Made by a program: the position numbers and the translations under genes. Below the pieces are notes generated by a model, which was given only the letters and a program-made list of their open reading frames with translations, did not search any database and was not told where the DNA came from. Below, piece after piece: positions 18,048-25,844 of a stretch of 32,614 nucleotides of DNA. How positions within the stretch are numbered: the stretch's first letter is position 1; each line of letters opens with the position of its first letter. Source of the stretch: an uncultured Ruminococcus sp. (GTDB lineage Bacteria > Bacillota > Clostridia > Oscillospirales > CAG-272); contig CADBFJ010000001.1 of assembly GCA_902793915.1 (NCBI GenBank), forward strand, positions 1-32,614, read 5' to 3'.

Positions 18048-18076
18048 TGGAAAAAAAGGCGGCTTTATGCTATAAT
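18048..18076 (+). promoter_or_regulatory. Sigma-A promoter of the CarD-family gene
   Basis: TGGAAA, 17 bp, TATAAT with extended TG. Confidence 0.6.
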
Positions 18077-18127
18077 GTAATGTAGAAACAGATCTGTCGC
18101 ATGGATTTTTTCGGGAAGGAGAGAAGA

Positions 18128-18634
18128 ATGTTTCAGAAAAATGATTACGTATTTTACGAGTCCGAAGGCATTTGCCTTGTGTCGGACATTCTTCGTTCTC
18201 CTCTCGAGGGAATGCCGAAGGATAAAGATTATTATCTGCTCCGCTCAATTTACAGCAGAAACGGCGTGCTCTATGTGCCGGTCGATAACGACAAGATCTA
18301 TATGCGCGCCATTTTGAAAAAAGAGGAAGCCGAAAAGCTTGTCAATGAGATCCCAAAACTCGAAGAGATTGAGGCAGAGGATTCCAAAAAGCTGCGGGCG
18401 ACCTACATCGAGCTGCTCCAATCGCATCAACCGCACAACTGGGTGCGAATCCTTAAAACGGTTCGCTCACGTTTGCGTAACTCGATCGCAAACGGGCAAC
18501 GCATTTCGGACACCGAGCGCAGCGTGGCGGAAAACGCCAAGCGCTTCCTCCATTCCGAGCTCGCTCTTGCCCTCAACCTGGAAGAAAACGAGGTTGAGGA
18601 CTACATTCGCACCCGCCTTGGCGATCCGGCGTAA
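18128..18634 (+). CDS. CarD family transcriptional regulator (non-canonical paralog)
   Basis: MFQKNDYVFYESEGICLVSDI...DYYLL...LYVPVDN N-terminal CarD/TRCF-RID pattern; C-terminal LHSELALAL. Confidence 0.8.
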   Translation: MFQKNDYVFYESEGICLVSDILRSPLEGMPKDKDYYLLRSIYSRNGVLYVPVDNDKIYMRAILKKEEAEKLVNEIPKLEEIEAEDSKKLRATYIELLQSHQPHNWVRILKTVRSRLRNSIANGQRISDTERSVAENAKRFLHSELALALNLEENEVEDYIRTRLGDPA

Positions 18635-18641
18635 CTTTTTT

Positions 18642-19322
18642 TTAGTGTAAAGCGTCTTTCAGCTTCTGAAGGGCGCTTTTTTCGATCCTTGACACGTAGG
18701 AGCGCGAAATGCCGAGCAGATCGGCAACTTCTTTCTGCGTCCGGGCGTCCTTGCCGCAAAGTCCGTAGCGCAATTCAATGATCTGCCGCTCGCGCGAAGA
18801 AAGGCAAAGATCGATGCTTTTCATCATGCGTTCGGTGAGCAGTTTGCGCTGTACCTCCTCGGCAAAATCCTCGTCGTCGCAGATCACATCGAGGTAGGAG
18901 AGCGGATTGCCGTCCCGGTCAACGTCGATCGTTTCATTGATCGAAACTTCCGATGTGTGCTTTTTCCTGGAACGGAAGTGCATGAGGATTTCGTTCTGGA
19001 TGCAGCGCGCGGCGTAGGTCGCAAAGCGCGCGCCGTTTTCGCAGTTGAAGCTGTCAACCGCCTTGACAAGCCCGATCGTCCCGATCGAAATGAGATCCTC
19101 TTGATCGGGCGACGAGGAATAGTATTTTCGCACGATGTGCGAAACGAGGCGCAGATTGTGCAGAATGAGTTTCTGCCGCGCCTCCTCGTCGCCATTCTTC
19201 ATGCGGGAGAAGGCGGCTTCTTCCTCCTCCTTTTTCATGGGCGGGGGAAAGTTTTGGGGTGTTGAAATCCCGAGGATCATGTGAAAGAGCTTTGCAAAAA
19301 AGGCAAATAATGTCAAAAGCAT
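18642..19322 (-). CDS. sigK: Sporulation sigma factor pro-sigma-K, uninterrupted
   Basis: Hydrophobic pro-peptide then QNFPPPM; LILHNLRLVSHIVRKY, EDLISIGTIGLVKAV, TYAARCIQNEILMHFR, DRDGN, GISRSYVSRIEK. Confidence 0.9.
   Translation of the reverse strand: MLLTLFAFFAKLFHMILGISTPQNFPPPMKKEEEEAAFSRMKNGDEEARQKLILHNLRLVSHIVRKYYSSSPDQEDLISIGTIGLVKAVDSFNCENGARFATYAARCIQNEILMHFRSRKKHTSEVSINETIDVDRDGNPLSYLDVICDDEDFAEEVQRKLLTERMMKSIDLCLSSRERQIIELRYGLCGKDARTQKEVADLLGISRSYVSRIEKSALQKLKDALH
18649..18682 (+). terminator. Terminator for the CarD-family gene, embedded in the 3' end of sigK
   Basis: AAAGCGTCTTTCAG-ctt-CTGAAGGGCGCTTT-TTT; the two G.U pairs form only in the + strand RNA. Confidence 0.6.
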
Positions 19323-19432
19323 AAAAACCTCCGCTGTTGTGTGGGTTGCATTTTCATGCTTATGCGGCGGTCTTTTGTAATTTGCTTGTACTGCTGCCAA
19401 AAAAAGAAAAATGAAAAAAATCAAAAAAAGAC

Positions 19433-19461
19433 TTGCTTTTTTCTTTTGACTGTGATATAAT
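19433..19461 (+). promoter_or_regulatory. Sigma-A promoter of rpmE
   Basis: TTGCTT, 17 bp, TATAAT with extended TG. Confidence 0.75.
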
Positions 19462-19532
19462 GCCGCTGTATGACCTATTTTGGGTCGCCGATGTCAAAGA
19501 ACATCAAATTTTTGGAAATGAGGAAAACGAAC

Positions 19533-19742
19533 ATGAAAGACGGAATCCATCCGAAGTATGAGACCTGCATCGTCCGTTGCGCTTGTGGGGAAACGGTTGA
19601 AACCAAATCCACCAAAGGCGGCGAGATGAGAGTGGACATCTGCTCCAAATGCCACCCCTTCTTTACCGGTAAACAGAAGTTTGTGGACGCCGGCGGACGG
19701 GTCGATAAGTTCAAAAAGAGACTTGCTTCTGTCCAGAAGTAA
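19533..19742 (+). CDS. rpmE: 50S ribosomal protein L31, Zn-binding type A
   Basis: [35 protein letters not shown]. Confidence 0.97.
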   Translation: MKDGIHPKYETCIVRCACGETVETKSTKGGEMRVDICSKCHPFFTGKQKFVDAGGRVDKFKKRLASVQK

Positions 19743-19756
19743 TTGCCAAGTCAAAG

Positions 19757-19797
19757 AAAAGGGGCTGTTCTGCCATGCGCGGAACGCCCCTTTTTCT
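19757..19797 (+). terminator. Terminator/attenuator-like hairpin between rpmE and hflX
   Basis: AAAAGGGGC-T-GTTCTGC-catgc-GCGGAAC-GCCCCTTTTT. Confidence 0.65.
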
Positions 19798-19826
19798 GCA
19801 AGAGTATTTTTTAGGGAGGTGAGAGA

Positions 19827-21107
19827 ATGGAAGAGTTGACAAGAGCCGTACTGGTCGGTATCTGCACGGCGAACGATTTGCCCGAGGCTGTGGACAAGAG
19901 CCTTGAGGAGCTCGAGCGCCTCTTGGAGACCGCCGGAGGCAGTTGCTTTGCCAAAGTGGTGCAAAACCTGCAAAAACCGAACGCCGCAACACTGATCGGT
20001 GCCGGCAAGGTCGCCGAAGTCGCCGCCCTTTGCAATTGGAACGAAATCAAACTGGTCGTCTTTGACAGCGAACTCTCGCCTTCCCAGATCCGCAACCTCG
20101 AGGACGCAATCGGAAACGACGTTCGCGTTCTCGACCGTTCCATGCTCATCCTCGATATTTTTGCCCTCCACGCGGTCAGTAAAGAGGGAAAACTACAGGT
20201 CGAACTCGCGCAACTGCAATACTCTGCACCCCGCCTTTACGGGCAGGGCAAAGACCTCTCGCGCCTTGGCGGCGGCATCGGTACGCGAGGACCCGGCGAG
20301 AGTAAACTGGAGTCTGACAAGCGGCATATCCGCCGCAGGATCACAGCCCTTGAGGAAGAACTCGAAGTGCTTGACAAAAACCGCCGCACGATGCGGCAAT
20401 CGAGAGATCGGAGCGGCATTTTCAAGGTGGCGATCGTTGGGTACACCAACGCGGGCAAGTCCACGCTGCTCAATCGCCTGACCGACGCGGGGATCCTTGC
20501 CGAGGACAAGCTCTTTGCCACGCTTGATCCCACAACGAGAAAATACACGCTGCCGTCGGGAGAGACGCTGCTGCTCACCGACACGGTCGGCTTTATCCGC
20601 AATCTGCCGCACCATCTCATCAAGGCGTTCAAATCGACGCTGGACGAGGTCGTCTATGCAGATGCGCTCCTCGTGGTGCTCGACGCGTCCGACCCCGAAT
20701 GCAGAGCGCAGCTCGAAGTGACCGAGGGGCTTCTTGCCGATCTCGGTGCCGCCGATAAACCCACGCTTTATGTCTTTAACAAGTGCGATCTCGGAATGGC
20801 GCAACTGCTTTCTCCCGGGCGTCTTGCCGAACGAGAGCATACCGTCTTCCTTTCCGCAAAAACCGGGCAGGGGATCGAGCTTCTCGAAAACGCCCTTGCC
20901 GAGCTTTGCCAAAACGGGAAAAAGCGCGTTGCTTTCCATCTTCCGCAAAACGAGGGAAGCGCGCTGAATCTGCTTTACCGTCAGGCGATTGTCGAAACGG
21001 TCGAGTACGAAAGCGACGGGATGCTCGTTACCGCCATAGTCGATGCCAAAACGCGCGGACAGCTTCGCGCCTTTGATCCGACCTATCCGAAAGACGAGGA
21101 GGACTGA
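19827..21107 (+). CDS. hflX: GTPase HflX
   Basis: ELSPSQIRNLE, LILDIFA, EGKLQVELAQL, GGGIGTRGPGESKLE, GYTNAGKST, LFATLDPT, DTVGFI, NKCD. Confidence 0.97.
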   Translation: MEELTRAVLVGICTANDLPEAVDKSLEELERLLETAGGSCFAKVVQNLQKPNAATLIGAGKVAEVAALCNWNEIKLVVFDSELSPSQIRNLEDAIGNDVRVLDRSMLILDIFALHAVSKEGKLQVELAQLQYSAPRLYGQGKDLSRLGGGIGTRGPGESKLESDKRHIRRRITALEEELEVLDKNRRTMRQSRDRSGIFKVAIVGYTNAGKSTLLNRLTDAGILAEDKLFATLDPTTRKYTLPSGETLLLTDTVGFIRNLPHHLIKAFKSTLDEVVYADALLVVLDASDPECRAQLEVTEGLLADLGAADKPTLYVFNKCDLGMAQLLSPGRLAEREHTVFLSAKTGQGIELLENALAELCQNGKKRVAFHLPQNEGSALNLLYRQAIVETVEYESDGMLVTAIVDAKTRGQLRAFDPTYPKDEED

Positions 21108-21108
21108 C

Positions 21109-21735
21109 ATGGCGGAAAAACTCTATACGACGCTCTCAAAAGAGGGACGTTCGGAATACGAAGAAAAGAAATCGGTCTTTTTGGGATACGCGAGGCGCAT
21201 CGAGAGCGAAGAGGACGCGCTCGCTTATTTCAAATCGATCCGCGCGGCTCATCCAGACGCGCGCCACGTGGTTTGGGCGTTCCGCCAGAAAGACGGCGCC
21301 GTTATGCGCTATTCGGAGGACGGAGAGCCGCAGGGAAGCGCGGGGCTTCCGATGCTGGAGCTCCTCAAGCGCGCCGATCTCAACGACGCCGCGGTCGCGG
21401 TCGTGCGCTATTTCGGCGGAATTTTACTCGGCGTCGGCGGGCTTTCGCGCGCCTACGGAAAAGCCGCGAAGGACGCGCTTGAGGACGCGGGGATCGTTAC
21501 CTACGAGCCCTACGCCGTTTGTTCCTTGTCCTGCTCCTACGGCGATTACGAACGCTATCGCGCCGAGTTTCCGAAATACGGTGTTCTGACCGACGGCACG
21601 CGCTTTTCCGATCGGGTGGAACTGCTCTTTGCCGTCAAAGCAGAAAAAGAGGGCGAGCTCTTTGCAAGGATCAAAGAGATGAGCAACGGAGCCGACGAGC
21701 CGAAACGGATCGGCAGTCGATTTGACAAGGGCTAA
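21109..21735 (+). CDS. yigZ: YigZ/IMPACT family protein
   Basis: EEKKSVFLG, HPDARHVVWA, SEDGEPQGSAGLPML, VVRYFGGILLGVGGL. Confidence 0.92.
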   Translation: MAEKLYTTLSKEGRSEYEEKKSVFLGYARRIESEEDALAYFKSIRAAHPDARHVVWAFRQKDGAVMRYSEDGEPQGSAGLPMLELLKRADLNDAAVAVVRYFGGILLGVGGLSRAYGKAAKDALEDAGIVTYEPYAVCSLSCSYGDYERYRAEFPKYGVLTDGTRFSDRVELLFAVKAEKEGELFARIKEMSNGADEPKRIGSRFDKG

Positions 21736-21770
21736 AAACGCGAAAAAAGTTTTTTTGCAAAAAAGAAAAG

Positions 21771-21809
21771 AAAAAAGAGAGGAAAAAAAGGATTTTTCCT
21801 CTCTTTTTT
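21771..21809. terminator. Long A/T-rich inverted repeat, likely terminator after yigZ
   Basis: AAAAAAGAGAGGAAAAA-aagga-TTTTTCCTCTCTTTTTT, 17-bp perfect stem. Confidence 0.55.
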
Positions 21810-21870
21810 CGTATTATACTATTGATATGTTTTTTTTGAGAATTTTGTAACCGAAGAAAGGAGAGACGAT

Positions 21871-22875
21871 ATGGAAAAGATCAGCGATCTGTTTCTCGAA
21901 CGGGAAAAAGCGACCCTTTCGCCCTACGCATTTCTGACCTGCAAGACCAAAGGGCGCGACTACCCCTGCGAGCCTACCGATATGCGTACCGAGTTTCAAC
22001 GCGACCGCGACAGGATCATCCACTGCCAGTCTTTCCGCCGCCTGATGAACAAAACCCAGGTCTTCCTTGCTCCCGAGGGCGACCATTATCGCACGCGGTT
22101 GACCCACACGCTTGAAGTGACGCAGATCGCCCGCATCATGGCGCGCGCGCTTTGTCTCAACGAGGATCTGACCGAGGCTGCGGCGCTCGGACACGATCTC
22201 GGGCATACGCCGTTCGGACATTCGGGCGAAGCCGTGATGCAAGAGCTTTTTTCTCCCGATTTTGCGCATTACAAGCAGAGCCTGCGCGTGGTCGAAGTGC
22301 TTGAAAACGATGGGAAGGGACTTAATTTAACCTGGGAAGTGCGCGACGGGATCGTCAACCACACCGGCACCTCGATGGCGTCCACGCTCGAGGGCGTCCT
22401 CGTCAAATTTGCCGACCGCATCGCCTACATCAACCACGACATCGACGACGCCTGCCGCGCAGGCATTCTGAAAACCGAAGATATTCCGAAAGAACTGCGC
22501 GAAATTCTCGGCGAGACGCACAGCAAGCGCATCAACACCATGGTGACCTCGGTCGTGCTCGCCAGCCGGGACAAGCCTGTGATCTCAATGGAGCCGCATA
22601 TTCAGGAGGCAACCGACAAGCTGCGCAAGTTCCTGTTTGAAAGGGTATATACCAGCCCCGTGGCAAAAGGCGAAGAGGGCAAAGCCAAGGAAATGCTCGC
22701 GCACCTGTTCCGCTATTTTGAAAGCCACCCCGAACAGCTCCCCGGCATCTACGGAAAAAATCTGGAGCGCGACGGCGTGAAGCGTTGCGTTTGCGATTAT
22801 ATTTCTGGCATGACCGATCGTTACGCCATTGAAAAATATAAAGAACTCTTCATCCCGCGCGGATGGAGCCTCTGA
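21871..22875 (+). CDS. dgt: dGTP triphosphohydrolase-like HD-domain protein
   Basis: RTEFQRDRDRIIH, KTQVF, RTRLTHTLEV, GHDLGHTPFGHSGE, ADRIAY, DYISGMTD. Confidence 0.93.
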   Translation: MEKISDLFLEREKATLSPYAFLTCKTKGRDYPCEPTDMRTEFQRDRDRIIHCQSFRRLMNKTQVFLAPEGDHYRTRLTHTLEVTQIARIMARALCLNEDLTEAAALGHDLGHTPFGHSGEAVMQELFSPDFAHYKQSLRVVEVLENDGKGLNLTWEVRDGIVNHTGTSMASTLEGVLVKFADRIAYINHDIDDACRAGILKTEDIPKELREILGETHSKRINTMVTSVVLASRDKPVISMEPHIQEATDKLRKFLFERVYTSPVAKGEEGKAKEMLAHLFRYFESHPEQLPGIYGKNLERDGVKRCVCDYISGMTDRYAIEKYKELFIPRGWSL

Positions 22876-22887
22876 CGGGAGGAAACC

Positions 22888-24666
22888 ATGAGATTTCCCG
22901 AAAGTTTTATTCAGGAAGTGGTCGACAGAACCGACATCGAGGAGCTTGTGAGCCGCTACGTGACCTTGAAACGCTCGGGTTCCAACCTTGTTGCCTGTTG
23001 CCCTTTCCACAGCGAAAAGACGCCCTCCTTTACGGTGACCCCGGCAAAAAAGATGTTTTTCTGCTTCGGTTGTCACGCGGGCGGGTCTGTTATCACCTTT
23101 GTTCAAAAAGCCGAAAACCTCGATTTTCCCGAAGCGGTTGAGTTCCTTGCCAATCGGGCGGGGCTTCCGCTCCCGAAAGAAAGCGACGTAAAAGAGGAGC
23201 ACGGTGTTCCGCGCCGCAGGATCCTTGACGCCAACCTCGAGGCGGCAAAATTCTTCCGCGCCTGCCTGTTTGATGAGGAGCTTGGGCGAGAGGCGCGCGA
23301 CTATCTCTTCAACAAGCGCGGACTTTCCGAAGCCACGATCAAACACTTCGGGCTTGGGTTTGCCCCAAACCAGTTCCATATGCTTTTGGATTATATGCAC
23401 GGCAAGGGCTTTCGCGATGAGGAACTCGTCGCCGCCTGCCTTGCGGGGCAAAAGAACGGCAGAACCTACGACTATTTTCGCAACCGCGTGATCTTTCCCA
23501 TCATCGACCCCGCGGGGCAGGTGGTGGCGTTCGGCGGTCGCGTGATGGATGACAGCAAACCAAAGTATCTCAACTCGTCGGATACGGCGGCTTTCAAAAA
23601 GAGCCGTCAGCTCTTTGCGCTCAATTTTGCAAAGAACTGTTCCTCGGAGCGCATGATCCTCTGCGAGGGCTATCTCGACGTGATTGCTCTGCATCAAGCG
23701 GGCTTTGAATCTGCGGTCGCCACGCTCGGCACCGCCATTACGCCCGAGCACGCAAGGATTTTCAGCAAATACACCCAACAAGTCGTCATCTCTTACGATG
23801 CCGACGAAGCGGGGCAGAACGCCGCCGAAAAGGCAATGCGGATCCTCGGAGACGTCGGAATGGAGGTTCGCGTTCTCAAGGTTCCCGACGCAAAAGATCC
23901 CGACGAATTCATCCGCAAGTACGGTGCCGATCGTTTCCGCTCGATCCTCGAGGAAAGCAAAACCGGATTTGAGCACAAAGCAGATCGCATCTTTTCCAAA
24001 TACGATCTTTCGCTGACAAGCGATCGCATCCGTGCCACGAGCGAAATTTGCGCCGTGATCGCCGATTACCCTTCGGCGGTTGAGCGCGAGATCTATCTTT
24101 CGGATGTTTCAAAGCGGTTGGGGCTTCCTACCGACGTTCTCAAAAACTCGGTCGAGCAAATCCGCCGCAAGCGGGCGAGAGATTATAAGGCGACCGAATC
24201 GCGCGAAGCGCAGGCAACGCTCAAAAACTTCCGTGATACGGTCAATCCCGAGGCGGCACAGCATTTGCACGCCGCGGCGGCGGAAGAAGCGGTTCTGGGG
24301 CTTCTGCTTCTATATTCCGAATATCGCACGATCGTAGAGCGCGGGGAGATCGCGCTGGACAGCACCTGCTTTTTAACCGAATTTCACCGCAGAGTATTTG
24401 AAGCGGTGATGGAGCTTCACAGGAGCGAATACGGCTTTCGTTTTGAGTTCCTCGACGAGCGCTTTACCCCCGAAGAAGTCGGGCGCATCAAGCGGCTCGA
24501 AGTCGAGCGGAGCAAGCTCACGAACAACGGGCTTGAAGTATTCCGCTCCGCCGTGAACGCTCTGAAAAACAGCAAAGAAAAAGAGACGGCGGCAGAGGAA
24601 GACCTCACCGCGCGGATCGAACGTTTACGCAGCAAAAAACAAGAAAAACAACACAAGGAAGGTTGA
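22888..24666 (+). CDS. dnaG: DNA primase
   Basis: CPFHSEKTPSF...CFGC zinc finger, FRNRVIFPI, FGGR, KYLNS, TOPRIM EGYLDV and YDADEAG. Confidence 0.97.
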   Translation: MRFPESFIQEVVDRTDIEELVSRYVTLKRSGSNLVACCPFHSEKTPSFTVTPAKKMFFCFGCHAGGSVITFVQKAENLDFPEAVEFLANRAGLPLPKESDVKEEHGVPRRRILDANLEAAKFFRACLFDEELGREARDYLFNKRGLSEATIKHFGLGFAPNQFHMLLDYMHGKGFRDEELVAACLAGQKNGRTYDYFRNRVIFPIIDPAGQVVAFGGRVMDDSKPKYLNSSDTAAFKKSRQLFALNFAKNCSSERMILCEGYLDVIALHQAGFESAVATLGTAITPEHARIFSKYTQQVVISYDADEAGQNAAEKAMRILGDVGMEVRVLKVPDAKDPDEFIRKYGADRFRSILEESKTGFEHKADRIFSKYDLSLTSDRIRATSEICAVIADYPSAVEREIYLSDVSKRLGLPTDVLKNSVEQIRRKRARDYKATESREAQATLKNFRDTVNPEAAQHLHAAAAEEAVLGLLLLYSEYRTIVERGEIALDSTCFLTEFHRRVFEAVMELHRSEYGFRFEFLDERFTPEEVGRIKRLEVERSKLTNNGLEVFRSAVNALKNSKEKETAAEEDLTARIERLRSKKQEKQHKEG

Positions 24667-24672
24667 CAGAAG

Positions 24673-25824
24673 ATGAAAAAAGAACCCATCAAAGAAGAGC
24701 TGGAACCCGAAGTCGAAGAAGAAACCGAACTGTCCGAAGAGGAGAGACGGCAGAAGGTTGACAGCCTGATCGAAAAGAGCAAAAAAGGAAAACTCTCGCG
24801 CGAGGAACTCGACGAAGCGATCGACGAATATAACCTCGACGTGGACAGCATTGATAAGCTCTACGAAACGCTGGAAGACGGCGAGGACAGCTTTGAGGAA
24901 ACCTTTTTGCCCGAGGAGATCTCGGAGATCGAAAACGAGGTTTCCCAGTACGGCGGCGGCGAGAACATGGAACACATGCTCGAGCAGGAAGGGCTTTCGA
25001 TCGACGACCCGGTCCGCCTCTACTTAAAAGAGATCGGTAAAGTGCCGCTCCTTTCCGCCGAGGAAGAAAAAGAGCTGGCACAGCGTATGATGGATGGCGA
25101 CGAGGATGCCAAGCAGAAACTCGTCGAGGCAAACCTTCGTCTTGTGGTCAGCATTGCAAAGCGCTACGTCGGCAGAGGAATGTATTTCCTCGACCTCATT
25201 CAGGAAGGTAACCTGGGTCTTATGAAAGCCGTGGAAAAGTTCAACCACGAAAAAGGCTTTAAGTTCTCGACCTACGCCACCTGGTGGATCCGCCAGTCGA
25301 TCACGAGAGCCATCGCCGACCAGGCGCGCACCATCCGTATCCCGGTTCACATGGTGGAAACGATCCACAAGGTGTCGAGATATTCCAGACAAATGCTTCA
25401 GGAGCTTGGCAGGGAAGCGACCGCCGAGGAACTCGCGGAGAAGATGAATGTCAGCCCCGAAAAGGTGCGCGAGATTCTCAAGATCGCGCAGGATCCGGTC
25501 TCGCTGGAAACCCCGATCGGCGAGGAAGAGGACAGCCACCTGGGCGACTTTATTCCCGATGAGGATACCCCCTCTCCCGCAGAAGCGACCTCCGCAAACA
25601 TCCTGCGCGAGGAACTCGAGCGCCAGCTCAGCACGCTGACCCCGCGTGAAGCGAGCGTCATCCGTCTGCGCTTCGGACTTGTGGACGGCAAGACCCGCAC
25701 GCTCGAGGAAGTCGGCAAAGAATTTGATATTACCCGTGAGCGTATTCGCCAGATCGAAGCCAAGGCGCTCCGCAAACTCCGTCATCCCAGCCGTGCCCGC
25801 CATCTCAAGGGCTTTATGGAATGA
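24673..25824 (+). CDS. rpoD: Primary sigma factor SigA
   Basis: [54 protein letters not shown]. Confidence 0.97.
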   Translation: MKKEPIKEELEPEVEEETELSEEERRQKVDSLIEKSKKGKLSREELDEAIDEYNLDVDSIDKLYETLEDGEDSFEETFLPEEISEIENEVSQYGGGENMEHMLEQEGLSIDDPVRLYLKEIGKVPLLSAEEEKELAQRMMDGDEDAKQKLVEANLRLVVSIAKRYVGRGMYFLDLIQEGNLGLMKAVEKFNHEKGFKFSTYATWWIRQSITRAIADQARTIRIPVHMVETIHKVSRYSRQMLQELGREATAEELAEKMNVSPEKVREILKIAQDPVSLETPIGEEEDSHLGDFIPDEDTPSPAEATSANILREELERQLSTLTPREASVIRLRFGLVDGKTRTLEEVGKEFDITRERIRQIEAKALRKLRHPSRARHLKGFME

Positions 25825-25844
25825 TCTACTTTCGGGAGGATATT

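Noticed and set aside
21871-22875. dGTPase as an anti-phage nucleotide-depletion system
   Set aside because: Short housekeeping type in the usual clostridial dgt-dnaG-rpoD context; no defence genes nearby.
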